DNA of 64,000 nucleotides, from positions 19,966,001-20,030,000 of the forward strand of contig NC_087252.1 in the NCBI RefSeq assembly GCF_037042905.1, written 5' to 3'. Source of the DNA: Lytechinus pictus (taxonomy: Eukaryota). The notes beneath the pieces are model-generated. The model did no database searches. It was not told where the DNA came from and saw only the letters and a program-made list of their open reading frames with translations. Position numbers and translations under genes: made by a program. Of this stretch, positions 13,080 to 25,468 are shown in pieces (within the stretch, counting starts at the first letter, position 1; each line of letters opens with the position of its first letter).

Positions 13080-13546
13080 GTATACATTCGTAATTCCGAA
13101 GCTTCGTTATTCCGAAGGTTCGGATATTCCAAAGGTTCGTTAATCCGAAAGCGAAATAAGGTTCGTTGTTCCGAAGGTTCGATAATCCGAAAACGAAATA
13201 AGGTTCGTTGTTCCGAAGTATCGTTTATCCGAAAACGAAACAAGGTTCGTTGTTCCGAAGGTTCGTTAGTCCGAAAACGAAATAAGGTTCGTTAATCATT
13301 TCATTTTCGGACTAACGAACCTTCGGAATTACGAACCTTCGGAATTACGAACCTCATTTTGTTTTCGGACTAACGAACCTTCGGAATTACGAATCTCATT
13401 TCGTTTTCGGATTAATGAACCTTTGGAATTACGCCACAAATGTTCGGATTAACGAACCCTTTTTCGTTTTCGGATTAACGGACATCGAGGTATAGGCAAT
13501 TTACGTGCTTCGGAATTACGAACATTCGGAATTACGAAGTGTAACC
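13080..13546. mobile_element. Foldback/MULE-like MITE with 33-bp subrepeats
   Basis: Palindromic arms of ttcg..ccgaa repeats; perfect 9-bp TSD ACTTGTCCT at 13071..13079 and 13547..13555. Confidence 0.82.
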
Positions 13547-13557
13547 ACTTGTCCTAC

Positions 13558-13671
13558 CTGGGCAATCAATTTCATCCTCTCCATCATTGCAATCTTCAGA
13601 GCCATCACAAACCCAATTAGGATCAAAAACACAGTCGTAGCGGGAGCCAGATGGACATTCAAAGCAGGTAG
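13558..13671 (-). CDS. Exon: LDLa (TCFECPSGSRYDCVFDPNWVCDGSEDCNDGEDEIDCP)
   Basis: 114 nt, phase 1-1, ttttcag/gtagga. Confidence 0.9.
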
Positions 13672-13896
13672 CTGAAAAACACAAATAATACTAGGAAAAT
13701 AAATCTGAATGCAATCTGAAAGTTGGCATTCCTGCATTTCAATGAAAAAAAGGCATGGATAAAATAGTACTTTTAACATAGTATTTCAAAACATATAGTT
13801 TTTCAAGTAAAGCGTGTCCCATCAAAAATACTGTATCTTCACACCCGTAAACTAAAATTCAGTGTCTACAACTGGATGATAACTTTATATGATATG

Positions 13897-14045
13897 GGGC
13901 CCGTTGCAGAAAGAGTTGCAATCCATCGCAACTCTAAAAATCATGCGCAACTTGATTTTCAACCAATCAACAGCGCACATTTGGGACTTGCGATTGATTT
14001 TTTGACTTGCGATTTAAAAACACAACTCTTTCTGCAACGGATGCC
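13897..14045. mobile_element. Short palindromic MITE (second copy 52119..52265)
   Basis: TIR ccgttgcagaaagagttg / caactctttctgcaacgg. Confidence 0.72.
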
Positions 14046-14117
14046 TGATCCCATAATCACAAAGACATGAGAACGTTATCATAACACATCAGGAAACCTC
14101 TCGATCCAAGTTCTGGA

Positions 14118-14774
14118 TTAAAGGTCAAGTCCACATCAGAAAAATGTTGATTTGAATAAATAGAGAAAAATCAGACAAGCACAATGCTGAAAATTTCATC
14201 AAAATCGGATGTAAAATAAGAAAGTTATGACATTTCAAAGTTTCGCCTATTTTTAACAAAATAGTGATATGCACAACTAATTGAGTCAGTCCATGATGTC
14301 CATCACTCACTATTTTATATGAACGAGCCAGTTACATCCACATGAGAGAGTGGATGATGTCACTCACTCACTATTTCTTTTGTTTTTCATTGTTTGACTT
14401 ATAAAATATTTCAATTTTTACGAATTTGATGATTAGGACCTCTTTGCCTGAAGCACAAAATGTTAAAATAATGGAATTCCACATGTTCAGGGAGGAATGA
14501 AACTTCATTTCATATGACAATGACGAGAAAATCAAAATATTTCATATTTCATACAATAAAATACAAAACAAATAGTGAATGATGTCATCAGTTCCCTCAT
14601 TTGCATACCGACCGAGATGTGCATATAACTGTTTTGTGAAATGAAGCGAAACTTTAAAATGTCATAACTTTCTTATTTTACTGCCGATTATGATGAACTA
14701 TTAAGTGTTATGCTCATTGGATTTTTCTCTTTTTATTCAAATCAACTTTTTGTTGGGGTGTACTTGTCCTTTAA
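14118..14774. mobile_element. Kolobok/T2-like MITE (family A), probably chimeric at the duplication junction
   Basis: TIRs plus TTAA; its right end and flank match 3640..3780. Confidence 0.8.
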
Positions 14775-15294
14775 AAAACATCTAAATATAAATCACTGTA
14801 AGGATACATTGATATTTTTGGTGTTTATTAAAAGTAATGCATACAAAAAATAAGTACTGGTATGTTGCTTAGTACACCTTGTGTAAAAGTAAAGGTAAGA
14901 ATAGAAAATGAGTGTATACATGTAGGCAAAAGAAATCACAATCATTTTCAGCAGTGACTAGAGGTACATGTATTACAAATAACTAAGCATAAAACATTTC
15001 AATTTTTTTGGGGTGGAGATACAATATGGTATTTTCAATACAGAAATTTAAAAAGAAGGTAGCTATGAATCTAATGAATTGGTTTCAAAACTTCAGTAAA
15101 GGAGAAATCTACATGTACCATCACCTTCCTGTGTATAACATTTAAAATATGAAACCAAGCCTATATATATATATGCCCGGTTGAGACTTGCACGCCTTGT
15201 GGTGCCGTATTGCCCGACACATTCACTATATTGTTGCGGCATGTTTCTGCGTAGCTGGCTCATAATTCACACATTGTCCCAACATCATAGTGCT

Positions 15295-16878
15295 TTAACC
15301 CTACATGTAATTCTCCCGGGGGGCCATAATTGCCCCCCCCTCGATAATTTTCACGATATATCTGCTGCGCAAAATTTATGGACCTCGCTGCTCACTGACT
15401 TTTACTTTCAAGTCTCGCGCAAATTTTGAGACTAAATTTGTGACGCCCGGGTACGCGGTTACGACATTACGCAACATTATGTAAATGTATGTCGGACCCC
15501 AAATTGCTCATAAATGTGATTTCATGTACAAATCCAATGCAGATTGTGTACATGTACGTATTAGCCAAAATTCATAAATAAATCATTATTTCTCCTTTCA
15601 CTGAGTAAACTTAATTAATTTTGCCTTGTTTATGATCAGAATTAAGTCTGGAACGATTTCCGTTGAAAAAACAATAAAAAAGCAAAAAGTAAAAAAAAAC
15701 TAAGAAATGCATAAGAAATTAAAAAACAATAAAATACATAAGAAATCGGTCTTCGTACCAGAATTTTTTTCATTCACAATTGTTAGGAATGCTATAAAGA
15801 ATATTTTCACCAATGAAAAAATAGCATTCTAGGAGGTTTATCTAGTGAATCAGAGCAAAAAGTATGATTTCATGAATAAATTACCATAATTACATGTAAT
15901 TCTTGTATAATAAAAAGATATTGAATTCACTGAAATTTACCAATGCAACTGTGTAGATTACGTCATTCTCTGCCATCATGCAAATTTTCGTTGTGATCGC
16001 GCAATCTGCTGCCGAGATCTTAACCCTATCTAGGCCGGGCTTTTTTGGCTGTTCTGTGGCCGGGGGGGGGGGGGGTGTTAATTCACCCCCCCTACAATGT
16101 AGATCTCGGCCGCCGATCTCGCGAGCGCCGCAAAAATTTGCACGCTGGTAGTGTGCGATGTAATCTACAAGGCTGTATGGTAAAATTTTCCAAAATAATG
16201 AGATTTTATTTTATATGAATTAATTATGCTAATTTATGCATAAATCATACTTTTTGCTCTAATTCACTAAATAAAGCTCCTAGAATGCTAATTTTTGGTA
16301 AAAATATTCTTTGTAGCATTCTTAACAATGGCAATTGAAAAAAACTTCGGTTTGGAAATCAATTTCTTATGTATTTTATTGTTTCATGAATTTCTTGTGT
16401 ATTTCTTTGTTTTTCAACCTTTTGTTTTTCTTTGTTTTTTCACCAGATTTATTGCACAACCTTTTTGAAGCATAATTATGCTAAATCAATTGCTTTCAGC
16501 TGTTTGAAGTAAAAATAATCATATCTTTATGAATAAGATGAGAAAACTCAATTTGCATTGACTTTGTACACAAAATCACGTTTTGGAACAATTTTTGGTC
16601 TGACATGCACTTACAAAATGTTGCGTAATTTCAGAACCGCGTACCCGGGCATTGTAAATTTGGTCTCAAAAGATGCGCAAGACTTGAAAGTACAAACTCT
16701 GTCAGTGGCGCGGTCAAAAAATTTCGCACGGCTGAATGATCGCAGAAAATGTTGAGGGAGGGGTTGATTCAACCCCCCCCCGGCCATTTTAGGGTTAAGG
16801 GGGGGCCATAATGCCCCACCCCCTCTCCCCCCCCCCGGAATGACAAAAATCAAAATACCCCGGGAGATTTAGGGTTAA
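15295..16878. mobile_element. piggyBac-like nested MITE pair (inner 16020..16798), duplicate of 4142..5730
   Basis: Same termini and nesting. Confidence 0.85.
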
Positions 16879-18021
16879 GCAAATACTTTTGACACCTACT
16901 CTCTGATGTATCTATCGCAAATTAAAGTATTCAAACATTTCTCACCATCCATAACTTGTTTTGTTTTTTAACCGATTTCGATTAAACTTGTTTTAAATTG
17001 TTCCTCTCATTTTACTCTTTCCAATTAGTTTGCTTTTCTTCTTGGCTTTTGGTGTCCTTTAAAATAAGCTTGTTGGAGCAATCTAGACAACTAAATACTA
17101 CATGTACATGAGCAATTCCTTTCATCTCTCCTTCTGTGCAATTTTCAGCAACCTTCCCTTATGATCCCAGCCGTTGATTGAAAGATAGCAACAAAAATGG
17201 GCACATACGTTGCCCATGGCGTAATCAACAAAACTGCAAGATCAAATTCTTCGTAGAATCTCATTTCTGATTAATTATTCCAATTGTGTTTTCAATGGAA
17301 ATTGTCGGGGACTTTATTTTGACCATAAACAAGATAAATAAATTGAGTTTCATTAGAAAAAAATCAGTAGAAAATAATGACACATTTATGAATTTTGGAC
17401 ACTATTGCATTGGATTTGTACACAAATTTATATTTTTGAGCAAATTTGGGTGTGCATGTACGTACATGTACAAAATGTTGTGTAATGAGGGAACCGTGTA
17501 CCCTGGGGTCACACTTTTGGACTTGAAATAAAAAAAACAACGAGCGACGCCGTCAAAAAAATTTACATAGCTGATTTATCTGAAAAAATGTCGGGGGGGG
17601 GGGGGGCTGGGGGCTAAATCAGACCCCCCTTCTTACTAGGGTTAAATATAGAATTTTAAAACATGACTGTAGGATTTCATATAAAGCGTGTCCCACAACA
17701 AATATTGTTCTCCTCTTTACACTAGTAAATTAAAATTCAGTTTCTACAACTGGATGAAAACTTTATGTGATATGGTCCAATAATCACAAAGATATGAGCA
17801 CGTTTTCATCACACATCAGGAAAACTCCCAATCCAAGTTTTATGCGTAGTCAGGACAAGAACTGTCCGTAAAGATGACCTTCACATGGCTAAACGTGCAC
17901 AGACATCTAACAGAGTCAATCCTCAAAATATTACAAATTTATGTCAAGGTGGAGAGGATAATGCACTCCCCCCCCAAAAAAAAAAAAAAAAAAAAAAATT
18001 AATGTTCAGATTTGAGCTTAC

Positions 18022-18132
18022 TGCAATTCACTTCATCTGACCCGTCCAGACAATCATCAACGCCATCACAAACGTAAGAAAGATATATGCAGTCTGGTTC
18101 TGATGGACATTGGAAACAAGGGGGCTCCGTAA
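18022..18132 (-). CDS. Exon: LDLa (TEPPCFQCPSEPDCIYLSYVCDGVDDCLDGSDEVNC)
   Basis: 111 nt, phase 1-1, cag/gtaagc. Confidence 0.92.
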
Positions 18133-19726
18133 CTGTAGAAAAAAAAACACAAAGAAAATTAAAGAGGGTTCGGAACGATCTAAAAATCTTAATAGAGACA
18201 TCAATCACAAAGAGTTTTATGACACAAAAAAACGTAATATTCATGTGTTCAGTATAAACACACACATGTATTATCCATCCTCCTCTTTCTCCTTCTTCAT
18301 AGTTTAAAAAAAAGTTAAATATTAATATCATCTGCAGAAACAGGATAAAAGATAACAAAGGGGAAATATTTAATATACTGTATCATTGACATAAGAGCAG
18401 CGGTCCCAAAATCGACCCCTGGGGCACGTCACATTTAACAGTTTAAAGGTTTAATGTATTCATAACATACAGTATCTATTACATAACATAGAGTACTGTT
18501 GTCTAGTTGATACATAATATTTTAAACATCGTGTCCATTTCCCCACTTTCCAAATAAATGTAGTTTGTGAAATAATATATAGTGGTTAAGGGTCAAGCCC
18601 CCTTGAATCAATAGAGAAAATTCATCAAGCATAACGCTGAAAATTTCATGAAAACTGGATGTAAAATAAGAAATTTAGGACATTTCAAAGTTTTGTTTTT
18701 TTTCTAACGAAAACAGTTTAAACATACCTCAATTATATGCAAATGAGAACAGATGATGTTCTTCACTCACTATTTTTTTTATATTGATTGCGTTTCATTG
18801 TTTGAATTATACAATGTCTCAATTTTTTGTGGATTTGAAAAAAATGAATTGACTAAACCACCAAATTTAAAAACAAAAATAATTCCACATTTTCAGGGAG
18901 GAATAAAACTTTGTTTCAAATGATGAGGACAAAATTGAAATATTTCATATTTTTGTTGTTGTTGAGATTTTGGAGGTATAATCATTGGTCCATATGTAGC
19001 TACTTATTTCATCAGTATCTTTTTTTAAACAGTGGGGTAATTTTTGCAGTTCTGAGTAGATTTGGACAAATCAAATAATACAGATTAATTAAAAATTAAA
19101 GTTAAAGGACCAACAATACATGTACCATGAATATTTTCGTCAAGCATACATGTAGATGCACTTATCTACATGTATATCCTTGTGACTTACTAGAGTTTAA
19201 TCATTTCATAATAAACTTATTTCAGTAGGGTTGTCAGGATTGAGAAAAAATATTTTTTGATTGATGCTGAGATAAAATCAGTAAAATACGCATTCTTGCA
19301 ATAACCTATTTTATTCACTCATTTGGGGTCAATATTACAAAAAAGGATTGAAATGATGAAGCATGAATGGAATGATCTGAGATTTTATCACTGTGTAATG
19401 TTAGTTCACTTTGTTGTTTTCTTTCCTTTTATCCTTTTATAACCTCAAGCGAACCAGATGTCAAAATGTAAAGAATCCTAGTTGATTTATAGTATTGAAA
19501 TTGTATTGGGGTGCTGATCCATGAATGCAATTAAAAGCGAGCAAAAATATCTTAACAATTATCTGATTCTTTATACAGTAGGTAGCCAGTGCAGCGAATT
19601 CAAAATAGGAGTAATATTTGAGCATTTATTTGACAAGCAGGAAATTACAAGATGTGTTGATGTTTTGAATATAAAATTGATTTTACAAAATTTATGATTT
19701 CAAAGTCAAAATCACATGCAGTATAG

Positions 19727-20344
19727 TTAAAGGACAAGTCCACCCTAACGAAAAGTTGATTTGAATAAAACAAGAAAAATCAAACGAGCATAACACTGAA
19801 AATTTCATCAAAATCGGATGTAGAATAAAAAAGTTATGTTTTAAAGTTTTGCTTAACTTCACATGATAGTTATATGCACATCCCGGTCGGTATGCAAATG
19901 AGGGAACTGATGACATCACTCACTCACTTTTTCTTTTGTATTTTATTATAGGAAATATGAAATATTCTAATTTTCTCCTCATTGTCCTGTGAAACAATGT
20001 TTTATTTCTCACTGAACATGTGGAATTACCATTGTTATAATATTACATGGTTCAGTCGAGTTGGTCCTTAATGTCAAATCTGTACAAATTAAAAATTTGT
20101 ATAATTCAAACAATAAAAATCAAATGAAATGGTGACTGAGGGACATCATTCATTCTCTCAATTGCATGTGACTATAAAATTGTGCATATGACTTTTTTGT
20201 GAAAAATAAGCAAAACTTTAAAATGTCATAACTTTCTCATAATACATCCAATTTTGATAAAATTTTCAGCATGATACATGTACTTTTCTGATTTTTCTCT
20301 TTTGATTCAAATCAACATTTTAATGAGGTGGACTTGACCTTTAA
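19727..20344. mobile_element. Kolobok/T2-like MITE (family A)
   Basis: TIRs plus TTAA; ends 29 nt from the exon at 20374. Confidence 0.82.
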
Positions 20345-20373
20345 TGTAGCTATCTTATCAAGAAAAGACTCAC

Positions 20374-20487
20374 CATTACAGTTCAATTCATCTGTACCAT
20401 CCGAGCAATCAGGCATGCCATCACAGACATACATTTCAAGAAGACAATTGCCAAAGAAGGTTTCACATACAAAGCCAGTACATACAT
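20374..20487 (-). CDS. Exon: LDLa (VCTGFVCETFFGNCLLEMYVCDGMPDCSDGTDELNCN)
   Basis: 114 nt, phase 1-1, cag/gtgagt. Confidence 0.92.
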
Positions 20488-20661
20488 CTGTCACAAGAAA
20501 ATTGATAATTGATTTCATAATACACGTAGCTAAATTCATAACAGTTTCGATCCATGATTTTAACCACAGTTTCAATTCAAGGTTTCAAACCAAGGTTTTA
20601 ATCTACGGTTTAAAATTGGTTTAAAAAATGGTTTCAAAGGTTAATTATATCAATATAAATA

Positions 20662-21783
20662 CAGGGCGCGACAAACCCGCTTGCCCGGGGCAAGTGAAAA
20701 TGACGGGCGGGCAAGCATTTCTCAAAGCCAATTGCCCGATCGGGCAAGTGAATATTTTGAAAATAAAATAATAAAATGTCAGTGATAATCACAACTATCT
20801 CTCATATATTGTCAAACCAGTAAAAAAACAGTGGAACTGATGTAAAATCAGCGCCAAATACAGATAATTTATCACCGGTACCTCGTTCGAAGAACCGTGC
20901 CATCTCATCTTATGTTCTATGTGGGCATGCGCTACTATCTTGCGCAATTTGCCGATGCAACCCCCCTCCAAAAAAAAAAATAATAAACAAAAATTTTAAA
21001 AAAGGCAAAAGTGGCTAAAATTTCACATTTTTAATCTTTAAATACATGAAATGGACGTCTATTTTTCATATTACCTTGAAATTGTTTTGATCTAGTTGGA
21101 AACAACCGAAAAAAATGAAGAATATTAAGCTCTTTCTTGACTCTGATTTTGATGATGTTATGCTCGGTAAATGTTTTTTCTTACTGTTGTCCCACATGTA
21201 GACTTTCGTGGTGTTGACCAAGTATAATGTTGCAACACCATGAAACTCTACGGTACTTGTGGGACCACAATATAAAAGAATATTGACCGAGTGTAACATC
21301 ATAATACGATGATGAAAAGACAAGAGAGAGGTGAATATTCTTAATTTTCTTGATAGTTTCCAACTAAATCAAAACAATTTAAAGGAAATATGGAAAATAA
21401 ATGGCATGGATTCAAAGATGCAAAATGTGAAATTTTAGCAACTTTTGGGGAAGTTTTTTTTTTATTATTACTTTTTTTTAACCTTTAACGCCCATTTGGA
21501 TCTACTAGTACTATAGCAAAAGTTTTTTTTTTCTTCAAAATAAACGTAATGACTCGGGCCTACTTTGCTAAAAATATAATTATAAATGTGTGTTCTTTGC
21601 TGTACATGATTCTCAATTGTTTTTATTTATATGATCTTCATAAATAATAGTACCGTTGTAAAAAAAATAATGAAAGAAAATAATAAAACAAATTGGGTAA
21701 GCAATTTTTTCTATCGGGGAAGCAAATATTTTCATCACTTGCCCTGTTGGGCAAGTGATGAAAAATATTTTTGTAGAGGCCTG
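20662..21783. mobile_element. hAT-like non-autonomous element
   Basis: CAGGGCGCGACAAA...TTTGTAGAGGCCTG ends shared with 30883..32656. Confidence 0.68.
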
Positions 21784-21932
21784 TAAATATATATTTCCAC
21801 CTTGAAAAGTACAAGTACATGTATTTTAAAACCATTTAACAAACTTTTAGCTCAATATTTCATACCTTTATACCATCATTTTGTTTCGGAGCGGAAACAA
21901 AAACACAAGCAAAAATCGTACATTGTTGGAAG

Positions 21933-22116
21933 CAGGGGTGTGAGTGGTCACAAATAAAAATATCTGAAAAAAGCTGAAGAGTGTTGAAAAAGTCTGAAAT
22001 AGAAAGAGCTCCCATACTTTTTGTACAGAGGAAGGCCCAAAATAAGCTGAAATTAAGCTGAAAATCAAAACAAAAAAATCTGAAATCAGATAAAAATCTG
22101 AACTCTCACACCCCTG
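21933..22116. mobile_element. hAT-like MITE
   Basis: TIR CAGGGGTGTGAG with perfect 8-bp TSD GTTGGAAG. Confidence 0.85.
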
Positions 22117-22375
22117 GTTGGAAGATACTGTAGATAATTGTGAAAGATAATTATACACTGTATTCTTTCCGCCTCATACTATTTAGAATGATATTTTGAA
22201 TAATCTCTGATCCGTTTTATCTATTAATATTCCATATATTTTTGCTTTATTTCATGTTGCCGGGATTTCAAGAACAAGCGTTTATCATACATTGTTCAAA
22301 GATATAAATAATCATTACGCAAGATTAATTATATCAATATGAATATTTCCACCTTGAAATGTACTACAAGTATTT

Positions 22376-23499
22376 AAACAAGTGGAATGCCTCTGGCCGT
22401 CTCACCTACATCACGCGATTCAATATAGCAGCAGTGCTGATTTTGAAAACTACTATAACTCGCACAAGATGTTCAGTGATACTTGGTTACTCTTATTTCC
22501 ACGTTTTATGAACTAGACCCATACACTTATAGAGATATGATGGTAATTCAACAAATACCCCCAACGTGGCCAAAGTTCATTGACCTTACATGACCTTTGA
22601 CCTTGATCATGTGACCTGAAACTCGCACAGGATGTTCAGTGATACTTGATTACTCTTATGTCCAAGTTTCAAGAGAAAGATCCATCAACTTTCCAAGTTA
22701 TGATGGTAATTCAACAGATACCCCCATTATGGCCAAAGTTCATTGACCTTTGACCTTGGTCATGTGACCTAAAATGCGCAAAGGATGTTCAGTGATACTT
22801 CATTACTCTTATGTCCAAGTTTTATGAACTAGACCAACACACTTTCAAAGTTATGGCGGTAATTCAACAAATACCCCAATTTGACCAAAGTTCATTGACC
22901 CTAAATGACCTTTGACCTTGATCATGTGACCTGAAACTTGCACAGGATGTTCAGTAATACTTGATTACTATTATGTCCAAGTTTCATGAATCAGATCCAT
23001 AAACTTTTAAAGTTATGATGGTAAATCTACAGATACCCCCAATTCGGCCAAAGTTCATTGACCCTAAATGACCATTGACCTTGGTCATGTGACGTGAAAC
23101 TCATGCAGGATGTTCAGTGATACTTGATTAACCTTATGTATAAGTTTCATGAACTAGGTCCATATATTTTCTAAGTTATGATGACATTTCAAAAACTTAA
23201 CCTTAGGTTAAGATTTTGATGTTGATTCCCCCAACATGGTCTAAGTTCATTGACCCTAAATGACCATTGACCATGGTCATGTGACATGAAACTCAGGCAG
23301 GATGTTCAGTAATACTTGATTAACCTTATGGCCAAGTTTCATGAACTACATGTAGGTCCATATACTTTCTAAGTTATGCTGTCATTTCAAAAACTTAACC
23401 TCAGGTTAAGATTTGGTGTTGACGCCGCCGCCGCCGCCGCCGTCGCCGTCGGAAAAGCGGCGCCTATAGTCTCACTCTGCTATGCAGGTGAGACAAAAA
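22376..23499 (-). mobile_element. Helentron/DINE-1-like element
   Basis: Same structure; one more internal unit than the 29410 copy. Confidence 0.75.
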
Positions 23500-23951
23500 T
23501 GGTGACATCATCAGTTCCTCTTTTGCATATCACCCAATATGCACATATAACTGTTTCATGAAATTAAGCAAAACTTATATGCTACAACTTCCTATTTCAC
23601 ATCAATCTTTGATGAAATTGTCAGTGCGAGGTTGGTTTTATTTTTCTCTATTTATCAAAATCAACTTATGGTAAAGGGTGGATTTGGCCTTTAAGGTAGA
23701 TAATTTTGATATTAAGCATTACCATGATAGGTACAATAAAGTGCAACTTTACCATACTAGTAATTTTTTTTCATGTAACGGAGACCAGATCCTCTAGAAT
23801 TAGAATCAATCTAATAATTGATTGTAACATAGGCTTACAGAGATTTACTTGAATAGAATTAAATGACAAACATTTGTAAATTTCTTTCAGTCTTTTTGTT
23901 TAATCACAAATAAATATTTCTTTAATACACATCTCTTGATATTTAACTGAC

Positions 23952-24186
23952 CATTAGTAACGGTTGTCCACTCCATTCGGAATCCTCCACCCGATGAGAC
24001 TTCATCGGTTTTAAAGATGATGAAGAGCTGGTTACCAGATGATGTGAAGCTACTTGGAGCTACACTGCCACAGATTGGGTATTGACCAGAGATTTGAGGT
24101 GAATCGGGGAATCCCCCATTCCTTATAGACAGGTAGTCATATCCACAGTTAGGATGAGTCTCAATATCAAATGAAGTGAAGGTGTA
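23952..24186 (-). CDS. Exon: CUB domain C second part (YTFTSFDIETHPNCGYDYLSIRNGG...GFRMEW)
   Basis: 235 nt, phase 0-1, tag/gtcagt. Confidence 0.92.
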
Positions 24187-24497
24187 CTACGAGAGAATCA
24201 GAAATAAAAACAAAGACATGTGGAAATGATGTTAATTCTGCTGCCGTATTCTAGTACACTTCTAACACTAGATGATCACGATCTGCCATTTTGTTTTGTT
24301 GGATTACTAATCATGCTGCACAGGGTAGAGAATCCATGGATAGAACATGCTCACTTGCTTCACTGGATCCACTTTTGAAGTAAGAAATTTCTTGAGATTA
24401 ACATTGAATATCTGCAAGTCCAACTTATCTGCATCAACTAATAACAATTATGTGACAAATCTCATGATAAAAATGAATAAAGAGATGAGTGACTTAC

Positions 24498-24619
24498 AGT
24501 AATGGTTTCACCAACAGGAGCATCTATCCTCCAAGCACAATAGTCATCATGGTTATAATCATTCGGGAAGTTAGGACTGGTAATAACACCCGATGTACCA
24601 GATACAATACCACCACAAC
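24498..24619 (-). CDS. Exon: CUB domain C first part (CGGIVSGTSGVITSPNFPNDYNHDDYCAWRIDAPVGETIT)
   Basis: 122 nt, phase 1-0, tttcag/gtaagt. Confidence 0.92.
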
Positions 24620-25223
24620 CTGAAATCAGACAAAAATAATCAGCATTTTTATTATGTTGAAGAGGTGCATATAACTGTAAATATCAAAACAACGATCTAT
24701 GTCACATACATTATGTTTCCATAGGCAAGGTTGAAATCCTTTTCAACATTTTTCTTTTAATGAATGATGTCAACATGAACAGTATGTATTTTAAGATATG
24801 ACAAGATAATTTGCCAGACCTCTATTTGCCCTTCCCCCAAAATCTAAATCTAAAATCTTAAATGTCAAGGAAATTATATTGGAGGATCAGAATGAGCAGA
24901 AATGGGCACACCTATATTTCTTTGGCCCATCTTTTTTTTTTTTGGAGGGGGAGGGTTGACATCATACATCTTGGTCACACTGCCAATGCGAGGATCTCCC
25001 TAGTATCAGTATTCTTGGCATTTACATGCTAAACACTTTCTTATTTGTACAATTTTTCTCAATCTTTCACTAATCGTACAGGATTTCAGTCTCCTTTGAC
25101 TAAAAGAAAATTTGGTCACATGAAATCATTTCATGTTTTGGATTTTTTTATTACAGGTTTTAATAAGTAATCTCCTCCAGATACTGCGGGATGATTTAAC
25201 AGAGAGTATTAAGGGTTACCAAC

Positions 25224-25373
25224 CTGATGCTTGATAGAGCATTCTAAATCCTTCACCCACCACACTTCCATCAGTTCTAAATCTCAAGAAAGTTGTTTGA
25301 AATGGGATAAAGTATGGATTGGGAGCTGTTCTACCACAGAACCTTTCCAACTCTACACCACTGCCATCAGGTC
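25224..25373 (-). CDS. Exon: CUB domain B second half (PDGSGVELERFCGRTAP...FRTDGSVVGEGFRMLYQAS)
   Basis: 150 nt, phase 1-1 using the gttggt donor; absent from the ORF track. Confidence 0.88.
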
Positions 25374-25468
25374 CTATAATCAAAGTATTTAAACACCATT
25401 ATTAATGCTTTCCAACATTACAAAAATTCAAAACTCATTCATTTCTTTCTAAAATAAAATGACACATT

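Larger units (their letters stand above)
14600..20570. repeat. Intragenic segmental duplication, right copy (boundaries approximate)
   Basis: Direct repeat of about 3540..10350. Confidence 0.92.

Noticed and set aside
13046..13295. Repetitive ORFs (RKRNKVRCSEGS)n
   Set aside because: Translation of the 33-bp subrepeats of a foldback MITE.
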